DNA from: Selaginella moellendorffii
Taxonomy: Eukaryota; Plantae; Lycopodiophyta
DNA length: 64,000 nt
Direction: 5' to 3'
NCBI RefSeq assembly: GCF_000143415.4
Contig: NW_003314266.1
Location: 3,160,607 to 3,224,606, forward strand
This document shows positions 13,791-27,559 of the stretch, piece by piece. The notes below the pieces were generated by a model, which did no database searches, was not told the DNA's origin, and worked only from the letters and a program-made list of their open reading frames with translations. The translations under genes and the position numbers were made by a program. Each line of letters opens with the position of its first letter. Positions within the stretch are counted from its first letter, which is position 1.

Positions 13791-16700
13791 TGTAAAAGGA
13801 TTTTCTTCTCCAGTTAGATCAGGTCATCTTTGTAGCAGGAATTTGTGCTTCTCCAGGCTTTGTTTTGGATGCCGTTTATTTCTAGAGGTGCTTTTGGTTC
13901 TAGGCTTTCCAAAAATATCTACAGTGCCTCAATATCAATCTACATCAGTGACATGCACATGTTTTTCCACAATATTGATGTTCTGGGTTACCTCTTCTTG
14001 GATTTTGAGGAATACTAAGGCAGCTTCTTCACAAATTCTTGTGATAGAGGGTAGACGGGGCTGAGCCCTTTCCAACGAGCCCACCAACAGCCAAAATGGG
14101 GAAGGATCAAGACCAAAGGACTCATTTTTCTCTTTTGGGCTAAACTTTGTTGGGAGTTCCTTGGGAACGAAGCAATCTTCAAGGAGCAGGAGTAGGCATA
14201 AGAACAAGAACAGGAGTAGGAGCAGGCGCAGAGGTAGGAGTTGGTGCTAGAGTAGGCGCAGAAGTAGGAGTGAGAGCAAGGGGTTATAAGTCCCTAGTTA
14301 CTAATACTAGTTACTAGTTACTGGTTACCAGCTACTGCAAGAGGTCAGCAATTGCTCTATAGGTCAACAGTTATATGTGCTTGAGGCCTACATCTCCTTC
14401 CATTTTCACCCTTATTTCTCTTCGTCACAGGCATTTTGGGCAACTTTGAGCAACTTGAGCACAAGTCTACAATCTTCTTGAGTTGCCTTGATTGGGCATT
14501 TGCAGTGTTTAGGGTATTTGATGCTGGTACAAACTAGACGTGCGATAAATTGGCACCCTTTTACCATACCTCAAGGCCTTAAGGTACAGAGTAAGCTTTC
14601 TAACATCCAAAGGTAGCTTAGGTATGACACAACACCTTCTTAGGTCGAGTCCTCTTCATCCTCGGTAGATTCCAGTGACTTAGATCTACGAGCTATGGTG
14701 CAGCCACCTTTAGCTCGACCTCAGCTCCATGTTTTGCAGAAGGGGAGTGATCTCCCGACCTTCTCAAATGTTAGAACATTCTCCCCAACATCACATATTA
14801 ATCACTTTGATTACTACTACACCATAAACATGATTGTCAACGATGATCATATGTGCCGTGACTTCTTGCAGTCTCTCAAAAGCAAAGTAGCAACTTGGGT
14901 AGATTCTCTCCTTCCAGAGAACTAGACAGACTTCCAGACACTACTTGCTTTTTTCAGAAAACATTTCATTGAAGAAAAACCCACAAATCAGCTACTCGTT
15001 GACCTCTTTTCATTCTGCTCATGAGTTTGTTCCTGACTACATCACTAAGTTTTGAGCATACTAGAAGTAGTGTTGGGATCGCAGAGTGGTCCAAGATGAG
15101 CAACAAGGGATCACGGCATTCACAGCGGGTCTATGTGGGAACTTCCAGTGGAAACTTCTTAAGAAGACATTCAGGTCTTGCCATGAGGCATTTTTCGTTT
15201 GCCACGAAGCTGCTTCTTGTCGACTTAGGGATTGCTAGAGTTGATTTCAACCAAGCCATCACCCCGTCAGAGTTACCTTGTGCAATTGTTTGCCCATCCA
15301 CACCAAAGCCTGTTGCAATTGAGCATACACCTCCGGCTATTGAGAACTTTGCCAACAAGATGCGGCAGTTGAAGGAGATCATTCTTCAGCAACAATCACA
15401 CCATGACAAGCTGCTCCAGAAGTTGGTCGAGTCCAGGAAAGAGGCTGTTGCAGCTCAGGAACGCAGATTTAAGTCCCATTGGTGCACTCACTGTGAGACA
15501 AACACACATAACACACAGTGCTGCTTCAAGCTTTACCCAGAGCTTCAGCCTCCACCTTCTCAATATGTCCAACAACATCCCTTCACTGACAATTCCACAT
15601 CGTCTCGGGGTCCAGAGACATATCAGGAGTAGTTGGAGCAACAAGCAATTGAGGCAGCCCCTTTGTCAAGCAAAGGCAAGGCACCAGCCTCATTGGTCAA
15701 CATGATTTTGGTAACCAAGGAATTCTATAGACAACAATAGCAAACGATAGCCACTCGAGCCCAAGCGAAGAAGAAGGCAGCCGCTCATTCTGGCATCGAT
15801 CCCCCGGCATCGGTTGAGAATGAATCTCTGTCGGCACCAAATCCAATGACACAAAGGGTGGCTTGTAAACTCCCCTTCAAGTCACTACTCTCTTCTCCTC
15901 CTGAGATCTCACCAACAGCCATTCCTGCTCCGAAGCCAGTTCTCCAATAGCTGGTTGACATTCCCATCACCTTTTCGCTCCATGACATGTTGTGCCTTGT
16001 CCCAAGATTTGACCAGCATTTAGAGGAGCTTGCACAGTTAGGAACACTAGAGAGCACTCTAAAGAGGACTCCTTAAGATGTGCACATTGTTGACATGACA
16101 AGATATGGTGGAGATCCTAGTCCATTCTTCATCTCGGTGCAGATTGGTACTTCCTCTTGCAAGATGGATGCTTCAGTTGACTTCGGTTCTGGAAGCAACA
16201 TCATCTCTCTCGAAGCTGTCCTTTCAGCACAGTTACAGATCACTAAGATCTCCCCCATCATGCTCAAGAGCTTCGCCAACCACACTATTCCTCTAGCGGG
16301 CATTTTTTGTGGTGTCAAGGTCTCAATGAAGGGTGTTATTTCTGAGGTAGATTTCCTCATGGTTGACTACCAACATCTTGGAATGTCCTCCTTGAAAGAC
16401 TCTATCATCCTTGGCCACTCATGGCAAGTCACAGTCCATTGCACCATTGATAGTGTGCAAGGCAAGATGGAAATTAGTGATGGACCCATAGCGCCACCTT
16501 TCTTAACAACCATGATAGAGCTCTTTCTCAGCAAGCCCAGAAGGCTTAGACTAAAGTGGTCTCCACACCATACTTTCCTCCTGAGCTCACAGAGGTTTTT
16601 CCCGAGTTTGCGGTGGAATCGACCATCTATATGACAGATGCTTTCTCATGCAATGCAATCGACATTGCTGGAGGTGAGTCAGATAGCTCGAGAAATATCT

Positions 16701-19700
16701 CAGCCTCACTCTCTTTATGTAAGAGTAAGGCCAAGACTCTAGCCACGCCCTCTTTATTTGATGGCGGGGCTTATAGGGTCCCATATCTAGCTTTTCGGAG
16801 TATTTCTTAGTAGAGGAAGGGCTTCTTGATTCATTTCTTACATGGGACCAACTCTCTTATGGAGCTTGATGACATAGTCACTCTAGACCAGGTCCATCTT
16901 TCACAGGACACAGCCGAACTCAATCCTCCTCAGCAACTATCTGAGGTGTCACACAGCTAGCATCTTCCTACTAAACTCACGGTAACTGATGACTCTGAGT
17001 GTGTTTTGTCATGCCGTTTTTGGAGATGAAGGATGACATCCAGACACACAACTGGCAGAAAGAATCAAGCCAATCGAACATACTGCATGCGAGTTATAGC
17101 TCTTTGAGTTCAGAATTTCCTACCGTGGAGCTCCCGGTACAGATCCAAGTGTATTACATTGAAACTTAAGCACCAGACTTGGACTCGACTTCAGTGGAGG
17201 ATCTTCCTTCACTTGCAGAGTACTTGGCTACAGTCCTAGCATCGGACATTGAGCGCTCAGAGCATCAGAAGCAAAGAGAACAACAGACAAAGACTCTGGA
17301 TCCAATAGCAACGTTCTTGCCCGACTTGCCAAAGACAGTCTTGCCGGATGTGGTGTCCCCAGCATCTTTATTTGAAGAAGAGAACACTCCTATGATTACA
17401 GCTTATTTTGATGGTGCTTTCTGCCCCAAAAACCAGGTTGCCGGCATTGGAGTTTGGATGATTGATTCTGTGGAGAACAAAGTAGTCAACCTCTCTATCA
17501 CTTTGCCAGAAATATCAGCTAATGAAGTAGAGTACTTGGCAGCTATCAGTGCCATGAAGTTGGCCACAGATTTCAAGTTTAAACGAGTCACTTTCATTGG
17601 AGATGCACAACTCATCATACGCCAACTTACTGGAGAATACCAAGTCCGCAAAGAGAACCTGAAAGAGCTATGGTAGCAGGCAGTCAACCTAAAGGATGAG
17701 TTCTCTCAAGTGACTTTTCAAAGTGTCCCTCGTGAAGAAAATTTTTGGGTGGATAGGTTATCACATCAAGCAATCACCATGATGCGAGAGGCAAAAGGCA
17801 CTCCCTTCTCTTTGGTTTCCAAAATCAGGGAGGAATCTAAGATAGATGAGCCCCCTGAGCCCAAGGTTTCTCCAGACTCTAGGGTTCATGCTATTTTCCT
17901 AGGTGATGACAAGGACCTGGTCTTTATTGCCACATCGCTTGCTTCAACAAACGCAGTAAAGCTGCTAGATCTCCTTCCCTGTTTCAAGGACATGTTTGCT
18001 TGGGACTATAGCAAGCTTCTAGGAGTTCTCATGGACACAATTATGCACAGTATGGTGCTTTCAGATTCAACCAAACTAGTCTGTCAAAAGATGCGGCATT
18101 TCAGCCCGATAGCTCACTCAGAGATGAAGTTGGAGATCAAGCGACTTCTAGCAGCTGGGTTTATTTACCCTTTGGAGAGCTGAGAGTGGGTGGCCAATCT
18201 TGTCCTTGCACACAAGGCAAATGGAAAACTCCACCTCTGCATTGACTTTCAAGACTTGAACAAGGCAATTGCGAAAGATCACTTTCCAACTCCATTTATT
18301 GATGCGATTGTGGATGAAATGGCTAGACACCGTTACTACTCTTTCATGGATGGCTTTTCAGAGTACATCCAGATCTTCATTTTTCCCGATCATCGAGATC
18401 TTATGGCCTTCCAGACACCTTGGTGTGTCTTCGCTTTCAACGTCCTCCCGCTTGGCTTGTGTAATGCCTGAGCTACTATTTAGCACTTTATGACACACGC
18501 CTTTCACAACTTGATTGGAGGTGCCTTGAGGGTGTATATGGATGATCTATGCATGACCTCTGACTCCTTCGAGAACCACCTTGTGCACTTGGAGTAGATC
18601 TTCACTCACTACTGACAACACAAGTTTTCATTGAACCCAGCAAAGTGTAAATTCAGGGTGACTTAAGGCCAATTGCTAGGCTTTGATATCTCACAGGATG
18701 GGATCATGCCCCAGATAGCCAAGGCTCAAGAGATTATGGATTGGAACCCACCAACCAATGTGAAGTAGCTTTGCAACTTCCTTGGGCAAACGGGTTTCTT
18801 TCGCCATTTCCTCCACAACTATGCTGCACGTTCACGGCCTCTGATAACTCTGCTACAACACAACATTCCATTTTTCTGGGGTGAGTCCCAGTAACAAGCC
18901 TTTGAATCACTAAAGTAGTCACTCCACGCGGCACCAGTACTCTAGCCACTAGAACAACAACTTCCTTTCGAAATTTACATCACGACGATTACAAAGGCTT
19001 TTGGAGTATGCCTTTGCCAATGTTCACAGCCTGGCAAGCCACCACATGCAACATACTATGCCTCACATTTGTTCAAGGAGACTGAGAAGAAGTACGTGGA
19101 TGCGGAAAAAGAAGTAGTGGCTGTTGTTGATTTCGTCACTTTCTCGTTGGAGCCTGTATCTATTTCCATGTCTATTTTAATATGCTGACCTTTCTTTTAC
19201 AACAACCAGTTCACAGTCCTCATACTTTATCTTGGATTGTGACCATCCAAGAGTTCCAGCCAACATTTCACATGCGCAGAAGCATGTGATGGATCCGAGC
19301 GAGTTCCTGGTTGCTAAAGCTACTTCCTTTGTGGTCCCAGTAGCATTACAAGACATTGCAATGTACCTGGATTCAAGTCAGTTCCCAGCAGATTCCTCAC
19401 CAGTGCCACAAAAGGCATTGGAGTTCCAAGCATGGGAGTTTTGCCTTCTTGATGGACACCTTTATAGGAGGACTTCTCAGGATGTTTTGTTGGGGTGTGT
19501 AGGTGAACATGAGGTCCCTAAGCTCCTTCATGCTTTCCACTCTTGTGCGGGGCATTTCTTGGGACGGGTCACAACACAACTCCTCTTGTGCCATGGCTAC
19601 TTTTGGCCTCGGATTCACCAGAACAACTTGGCCTATGCAAAGGCATGTGAGTAGTGCCAACGGTTCAACCCTTGGAGCCATGTTCCACGTCTTCCTTTCC

Positions 19701-20857
19701 AGCTCATCACTTCTCTGGGTCCCTTTTTCCAGTGGGGACTTGACTTCGTCGGCCCGATCAACCCACTAAGCTCAAAAGGACAGCGATACATCATCGTGGT
19801 GACAGACTATTTCACAAAATGGGTTGAGGCCACCCCTCTGTGACAAATAGATCAACAGTCTACAGCAAAGTTTGTCTACAAGTACATTATTTGCCAATTT
19901 GGAGTTCTTGCCATTTTGATTTCCGATCGTGGCAGCAGCTTCCTTCGACAGGTGATGCAGCATCTTCTCCAACGGCTGCAGGTCAAGCACATGAAGAGCA
20001 GCAGCTATTATCCTGAGTGCAATAGCCAGGCCGAGTCCAGCAACAAGATATTGAAGACAATCATCTCAAAGGAGGATCACCCAAGGCGTTGGCACGAGCA
20101 CTTGGTTATGGCGTTGTGGGCCTTTCAAACATCCTTCAAGACATCCATCTCCGCGACCCCATTCTCCCTTGTCTATGGGACAGAGGCCGTGCTTCTAGTG
20201 GAGATCCAGGTGCCATCACTCTCACTTTCACTTTGATACGTAGCAGTGATGCAACTTAGCGATGAGGACAAGTTTCATTCACATGACTTGGAGGTTCTTG
20301 CCTTGGAAGAATAGCGATGATCCACAACTGGACATCTCCTTCGAGACAAGTAGAAGATAAAGTCAGTCATTGATGACTAGCGGTCCACTAAACCATTCGA
20401 GGATGGCAATCTTGTTCTAGTCAAGGAGTTTACACCACCTTTGAAGTTCTCCTTTCGCTGGACTGGCCCCTACTTTGTTCAATGACACATCGAAGGTGGA
20501 GCATATGTGCTAGTTGATGCTGATGGATGTGAGCTCCCACACGCTCACAACCACTCTCACCTCAAACACTTCATCTAGTGAGGCGTTCCTCTTCTATTCT
20601 TTTTGTTTTTCTTCCTTTCTTTCATTTTACTTTCATGGTTCCTTTTCTTACTTTCAAAGGGTGTTTCTCCATTAGACCGTGGTTCATGCCTTGGATTTCA
20701 TGCTCAAATTGCATTGCCGTTTGTATGGATATTCCTTGCTTGGCTCGGTCTATGTTCTAGGTTCTTTGGCCCTTCCGTTACCATTAAAAACCCCACACAT
20801 TCCCCACACCCATTCCATATCCTCTACACTCACAGTTCCATCACCAATCACTTCCTG
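13791..20857 (+). mobile_element. Tat-lineage gypsy (TatI/II-type order PR-aRH-RT-RH-INT), decayed
   Basis: gag with CTHCETNTHNTQC knuckle (15484); protease VDFGS (~16177); archaeal-type RNase H 17390-17790; RT 17900-18750; INT WGLDFVGP / ISDRGSSF / SYYPECNSQAE 19400-20240; WTGPY 20459. Confidence 0.85.
17390..17790 (+). pseudogene. Additional 'archaeal' RNase H domain of the Tat element
   Basis: YFDGA, ANEVEYLA, FIGDAQLII, VPREENFWVDRLS motifs; one internal TAG at 17674. Confidence 0.9.
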
Positions 20858-21220
20858 TGTTAGGAATCCCCCAATTCTTGCCACATTCTTGACTCTCGCC
20901 GGATTCCTGACCTGCAAACCACGTTCCTGACTCTCGAAACACTTCCCTATTCCTGACTCTCGAGACACTTCCCGATTCCTGAGTCTCGAGCCACATTCCT
21001 GATGATGATGTGGCGCCTCCTCGACCTCAGCTATATTTAGGCCATCCTCGATCCAAGAGTGGTGGAGCTTCATCAACCTATAGTATATATTGGTTATCCT
21101 TGTTCCATTTCTCCACAATCTGAATCAACGCCAGTCTAAGGCTTCTTTTTTGTTTCCACTAGCTTTTCTCTTTGTCTTTTTGCATTTTCCAGTCTTGATC
21201 TTGTTAGGGGTCTTGACAGT

Positions 21221-21235
21221 TTGATTCAGATTGTG
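21221..21235 (+). promoter_or_regulatory. Self-priming PBS complementary to 21114-21128
   Basis: ttgattcagattgtg is the exact reverse complement of cacaatctgaatcaa, which lies 30 bp after the TATA at 21084. Confidence 0.85.
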
Positions 21236-21317
21236 CTTTTTCGTTTTTTGATTTAGCTCGTTTTGATTGTTTGATTACCTTTGCCTTTTTTTCCCCCTTT
21301 TTTCTTTCTTCTTGCCA

Positions 21318-22289
21318 ATGGAGTCTCCAAGCCATCCTGATTTCTTTGCTGAAGTCCTTGCAAAAATCCAGTATGAGAATACCGAGCTGAAGGCGACCCT
21401 TCTTCGCATGCAGCAGGAGCTTGCTTCACTTTCGGCTCAAGGATCCAGCAAAGTTCCTTAACCGAAGGTGAGCTTCCCGGTGAAATTTTCAGGCAAGCGT
21501 TCGGAGCTTCGTGGATTCCTGAACCACATGGAGTTGATCTTCGCACTTCAACATCGGCGGTACCCTACTCCCGAGTCTCAAATTGGTGCGATTGGGACAT
21601 TGCTCGAAGGTGCAACTTTGTCATGGTTTTCTCCTCTTTTGGAGAAGAGCATGAAAGGGGTCGTGGTTCCAGAACTGATGGATCTTCAATTGTTCAAAGA
21701 GAAGCTCGAAGCATGTTTTGGCGAGACGGATCGGGTTCGGGCTGCTACCACAAAGATGAGACGTCTCTCTCAGGGGTCTCGTCCTGCCTCGATCTACGCT
21801 GCAGAGTTCCAACTCCTTTCTTTGGACACTTAGTGGGATGAGCGGGCCCTGATTGACCAATTTCGTTTCGGCCTCAACAACGGTGTCAAGGATTTGTTGC
21901 TCACCATGGAGGATCCCAAGGACCTGTCGGATGCCATCAACAAAGCTGTTCGATGTGACAATCGTCTCTTTGAACGTCGTCAGGAAAGTCGCCGCACCGC
22001 TGTTTTTCTGTCCCAGACTCAGGAATCCCAGCTTGAGTCTTCGGGGCATACTCCTGAACCTACTGCTCCGGTTCCGATGGATATTTCTGGTACTCCCCGA
22101 CTCATTAGAGGGAAGTTGAGTCCTGCTGAGAACCAATGTCAAATATCTCATAATCTTTGCCTCTATTGTGCTGATCCTAATCACAAAGCAGCTGTATGTC
22201 CCAAGAAGCCTCCTCGACTGCTCGAGTTCACTCTGCCTCAAAGTCCACCTCTATTGCAGTCGGGAAACGACCCTGTCCAAACAGAGTAG
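21318..22289 (+). pseudogene. gag: Chromovirus gag (two in-frame stops)
   Basis: ORFs 21267, 21468 and 21894 are in one frame, separated by TAA (21459) and TAG (21831); CCHC knuckle. Confidence 0.85.
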
Positions 22290-23920
22290 GAGCTGTCTGT
22301 TTGGACTCCCCGAATAAAAATCACTTTTCTTCTTTATCAAGCTCCTCACCACCTTTCATCAAAGCCACCACCAATTCCCGCAACTTCCGCGTCCCATGTC
22401 TCCTTTCTTTCACCGGACAATCAGGACTCAAGGCTCTGGCGTTACTGGACTCGGGTGCAACTTCCTGCTTCATGGACACGGACTTTGCTGCCCGACATCA
22501 CGTTCCTCTTTCTCCTACCATACGGGATTTGAGGGTTGAAGGCATCGGTGGGCATTTTGTGTCTCCATCTTCTGGACTTAGGGAAACGTTGCCCGTTCGA
22601 GTACACATCGGGTCCACCGTCACCGATATCGCCTTCAACATCATCAACAGCAAGTCCTCCTCTGTGGTGCTCGGTCTTCCTTGGTTCCAACTACATCAGC
22701 CTCAAATCTGTTGGAAGGAATTACAGCTCATCTCTCCCACGGCTTCCCCTACTGTTCATCGAGTCCGAATCAGGAAAAGTTCCCTAAACTCAAATCGGGG
22801 TTCTGTTCCTGACTCTATAAAGTTTTCACCCTCTTCTTTTTCCTCTCTTCCATCTTACACTGGACCGTATCCTCGTCTCATCATTCCATTTAGTCGTACG
22901 CCTCCTCCTATCTCCACAATCACTATGAAAGAACTCCTTCATGAAGAACCTCTTTTTCTTTTTGCTTTGCATGTTTTTCCTGTCAGTCTTCCTGAGAAGT
23001 ATCATGATTTTGGGGATGTGTTTGACAAGAAAAAAGCTAGTGTACTGCCTGTTCATCGGCCTTATGATTGTCCCATTGATTTACAGGAAGGAGCGTCACC
23101 TCCGTGGGGGCCTATCTACGGGTTATCCCCGTCCGAGCTTAAGGCCCTCAAAGAGTACGTGGATGAGAACCTTGCCTCGGGCTACATTCAGCATTTGCAG
23201 TCCCCGGCTGGAGCGCCTGTCTTCTTTGTCAAGAAGAAGGATGGGAGCTTGCGGCTAGTCATCAACTACCGAGGTTTGAACAAGGTGACTGTTCGGAACC
23301 GTTATCCGCTGCCCCTGATCTCGGACCTGTTGGAACGTCTCGGCAGTGCCCGCTTCTTCACCAAGATCGACCTCCGTGGAGCATACAACCTGATCCGGAT
23401 CCGGCCTGGTGATGAATGGAAGACTGCGTTCCAAACCCGCTATGGCCACTTTGAGTACACTGTCATGCCATTTGGCTTGACAAATGCTCCAGCAGTTTTC
23501 CAACACATGGCGAATGACGTCTTTCGGGAGTTTCTTGATCAGATTGTGATCGTCTACCTCAATGACATCCTCATCTACTCAAAAACTCAGGAGGAGCATG
23601 ACGAACATGTACGCAAGGTGCTAGCGAAGCTGCGAGAACACGGCCTATATGCGAAGCTTGAGAAATGTTCCTTTGATCAGCAGTCTGTGGAGTTCCTTGG
23701 GTACATTGTCACTCCTGAGGGTATCATGATGGATCCTGCCAAAGTCAAGACTATTTTCGAATGGGAGCCTCCACAATCAATGTCGGACGTTCAGGTTTTC
23801 CTTGGCTTCGCCAACTTCTACCGCAAATTCATTGATCACTACTCTGACATTGTCCTTCCTTGTCTACACTTACCACCCTTGGGCAATGCATCCCCTTTTT
23901 TACCTCTCTTTCTTTCTTGA
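22196..23920 (+). pseudogene. pol: Chromovirus pol (PR-RT, truncated at start of RNase H), -1 frame to gag
   Basis: 574-aa ORF with DSGA, KIDLRGAYNL, VMPFGLTNAPAVFQ; YLDD changed to YLND. Confidence 0.9.
22262..22306 (+). promoter_or_regulatory. -1 programmed ribosomal frameshift signal (G GGA AAC plus stem-loop)
   Basis: Slippery heptamer 22262-68 in gag register; 6-nt spacer; 11-bp stem 22275-85 / 22296-306. Confidence 0.85.
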
Positions 23921-24519
23921 TTTTGGCCAATCCTTGGAGCATATTGGAAGTCATCAAGAGGCTACATTTACATATTACACTTTCCTGAGCCGAAATCCAA
24001 GTACGGGTTACATTCTTTGGGTACTCACTCTTTTTCCCCTATTTTTTCTCCTCTTTTCACACTTTTTTTACACTTTTTTTTAACTTCAGGGTCTAGTTTG
24101 ACTACAGGGTTTCCCACAGGGTTTTCTTCCCTGTCTTCAAACTTTACACCACCTCTTTTCTATATTTTTCCACTTTGTTTTCTAGAGTTTCCACTATTTC
24201 ACGCAGTTACCAGCACTAGGCATCCGTAGCAGAGGTACACTCTACACTCTTCGGAGGGTTCTCGTGTGTCTGGAGCCATCAGGATCCACCATGGTCGCAT
24301 GTTAGGGCATGGCTATTGAGAGAGTGAGAGAGAGAGAGGGAATATTCTGGTCCTTAGAATATTCCCCATCTTCCTTGTATAAAACCCTTGCCCCACAAGG
24401 GTAAAAGGGGGGGGAGGGCGCATTTGTGGAGAGCATTGAAGCATTTCTCATGTTTGAGCGAGTGTTGGGGGAGGCACCCCTCCTTCCCCTAACACTTGGG
24501 CCATTGAATGAAGGAATAT

Positions 24520-24925
24520 AGCTAAACTCCTAAGTATAGAGCCAAGGAGCAAAGGTATTGAAGATAAGCATACAAGTGGGAGTTAAATTATACTTCAAGT
24601 TAGTCAGCCATGCCTAACCTATCCACTATCCCGACCATACGTTTGGAACCCTCTACAGCCACCCCCTCCCCCTCTTGAGGAATGATGCTTTGGACTTTCA
24701 CCCTTAGCCACCCTTAGTACTAAGAATTAGTCTCTAGAACATGCTTGAAATTTATTAAATATAGAATGGTGCTAGATAGCAAATTTGGATACAGGACTAA
24801 CACCATTGTGTTTAGAACAATCTTTACATTCCATAAATATGCCAAATTAACAAATCTAGATACTTTTTATAAATATCCATTAGTACTGAATGGGACAAAC
24901 ACAAGGGGGATGATAGCAAGGGTGT
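24520..24925 (-). repeat. Decayed family A LTR fragment
   Basis: Matches ~49300-49650 (ttagtcagccatgcc, tttcaccc, caccattgtgtt). Confidence 0.75.
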
Positions 24926-27559
24926 TTGTGGTGTGTAAATTATTGGTAAATGTTGGCAAGATCATCATGGTGCAAGATTTTTTTCTTGTATATTTACATC
25001 ATGTGGACATGATCCTTGGCATGTCATGGCATATGCATGATCTTGAGATCAAGTGAAGCCTTTGACGTATAAAGCTTGAGTATGGTGGCATATGTGATAC
25101 TTGATTTGCAAGCAATGTTCCAAGCTTGACCATGTTGATGTTAGCAATGTCTTTGAAGAGCATTGTGTGCAATAAAGAGAATGAGCTCTGTTTGATGTAT
25201 ATCTAAGAGTTGGATACATCAAAGTTTTTGCATGGAGAATCAGCGGTAGCGGAGGAACTTGAGGAGTTCAAGGACATGTTCCCAGATGAGTTACCATATG
25301 GCCTGCCACCTTTGCATGGAGTTGAGCACAAAATTGTGCTAGAAATAGGCACAAACCTGATTTATCAATGACTATTTTGGCTAAGTCATACCAAGGAAGC
25401 GAAGGTCAAGCATCAAATGACTGAGTTGCTTGAGTATGGCTTTATCCAACCAAGCAAGTCTCTATTTGGAGCACTAGTCTTGCTTATTCAGAAGAAAGAT
25501 GGCTTGATATGAATGTGTATTGATTGCCGTGCTTTAAACAAGAAGACAATCAAGGATAAAATGCCAATACCACATGTAGATGACATCTTGGGGAAGCCAT
25601 GGTTTTCACCAAGATTGACTTAAAAAGTGGTTATCATCAAATTACTCTAAATGATATGGATATTGCAAAGTTAGCTTTCTCTATGAGTTTTGGGCATTTC
25701 AAATTTACAATGATGCCATTCAGATTTATGAATGCACTAATGACTTTTATGAGGCTCATGACCCACGTGTTTGGGGAGTATTTGCATTACTTTGTGGAGA
25801 TCTTCCTTGATGATATTCTTATCTTTAATAAGAATATGTAAACAGCATTTGTGCAAAGTGTTGGAGTTGTTATACAACCATAAGCTTTATGCTAAGAGGA
25901 GTAAATGCAAGTTTGTGCAATCTGAATGTGAGTATTTAGGCCATATTGCCTCTACTGATGGAGTCAAGACTAATCCACAAAAGGTTGCTATCATGGAAGA
26001 AGGGCCAACTTCCATAAATGTTGTTGAGTTGAGGAGTTTTTTAGAAATGGCTGATTATTATTGTAAGTTTATCTAGCACTATGCTGATATTACTCTTCCT
26101 TTGACTTGGTTGCTTCATCAGAACACTCATTTTGACAGGGAGATATTGCAAGAACAAATCTTTCAAGCTTTAAAGGCTTCTTTGGCACATGCTCTAGTTT
26201 TATGTATTGCAGATGGTTGTGGATGCAAGTGGTTATGCTGTGGGTGGTGTTATCATGCAAGATGATCATCCTATTGCATATGAGAGTAGGACATTAAACC
26301 CAGCAAAGTAGCAATACTCTACGTATGAGCAAGAGCTTTTGGCAATTGTTAATGCACTATGTGTGTGGCAGCATTGTTTATTTGGTGCCATGTTTACAGT
26401 GTTTATGGACTATAAGCTGTTAGAAGGAGATTAACTCTTGCCAGGCATGATGGATGATCGAATTCATGAAGTTTGGTGAATTTCCAATTGAGCACAAAGC
26501 TGGATGTGTGAATGTGGTGGCTAATGCCTTATCTCATGTTCACTCTACTTTTGTGGGAGAATTCTGGGGAAGGATTTTTAATGCTTTAACAAAGGCTATG
26601 ACCGAATTTGTTGGTATGGTCAGGCAAGTTCAACAGCAAGACGCTGAGGTACAAGAACTTAATGTGCACATGGAGCCATCTTTCCCATGCCAGAATGGTT
26701 TGCTCTTGTATAATGGCTAGGTATATCTTCCCCAAATTGATGAGCTGATCCACCATATCCTCTATTATTATCATGACCACCCAGAGGCTGGTCATTTTGG
26801 GGGGAGGAAGGCTTATAAGTTTTAAGCATAGGTTCTTTTGGAAGAATATGAAAAATGATATTCTTGAGTATTACAAGATATGCAAGAATTGTTAACAAGT
26901 GAAGGTGCTAAGGGAAAAGCCAATAGGGATTTTGGTGCTATTACATATCCCAGAGGATAGACGGATGAGCATATCCATGCATTTTATCATGCATTTACCA
27001 AGAGGAAAATGAACAAACTTGGGTCATTATAGATTGCTTGACCAAGTTTGTAAAGCTGATTCCTTTGAAGAAGGTGGCAAAGAGTGTGGACTTGGCTATA
27101 ATATACCTTAAGCATGTCTTTCCTTAGTTTGGTTTGCTAATGGAGATTGTGAGTGATAGGGACTCAAAATTCACAAGTGAATTTTGGTTAAGCTTTGTGA
27201 AGCTCATGAAAATTGGCATCAAGCTAAATAGTGGGGATCATCCTTAGATAGATGGACAAACTAAGCGAGCCAACCAAGTGATTGAGGAGATGCTAAGATG
27301 CATTGTTCATAGACAATAAAGACAGTGGGAGAAATTTTTTATTCCTTGTGGAGTTTACCTATAACAACAGCTAGCATAACAGCACCAAGATGACACTTTA
27401 TTTGGGATGTATGGCTCTCATCTAAGGACAGCTTTTAAGCTTTATTTACTTAGATCTTAAGGCTCTAAGATGGTGAACCAAAGAGTTTATCTATAGAATT
27501 GGATGAAATTTTAAATGCATGCAAAAGGAATTTGCAAGTGGCTCAAGACTGAGATAAGA
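24926..27559 (+). mobile_element. Family B gypsy pol (PR-RT-RH-INT), decayed, cut off at 27560 by the MULE
   Basis: FTKIDLKSGYHQ, IFLDDILIF, KAGCVNVVANALS motifs; homology to 11700-11760 (rc) stops at taagag|g. Confidence 0.9.

Larger units (their letters stand above)
20858..23870 (+). mobile_element. Tcn1/Tf1-sushi-like chromovirus, 3'-truncated: LTR 20858-21218, gag, PR-RT
   Basis: LTR tgttagga...tcttgaca; PEG10-like gag (PVKFSGKR, PVPMDI, CLYCADPNHKAAVC); ALLDSGATSCF; RT with YLND. Confidence 0.9.
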
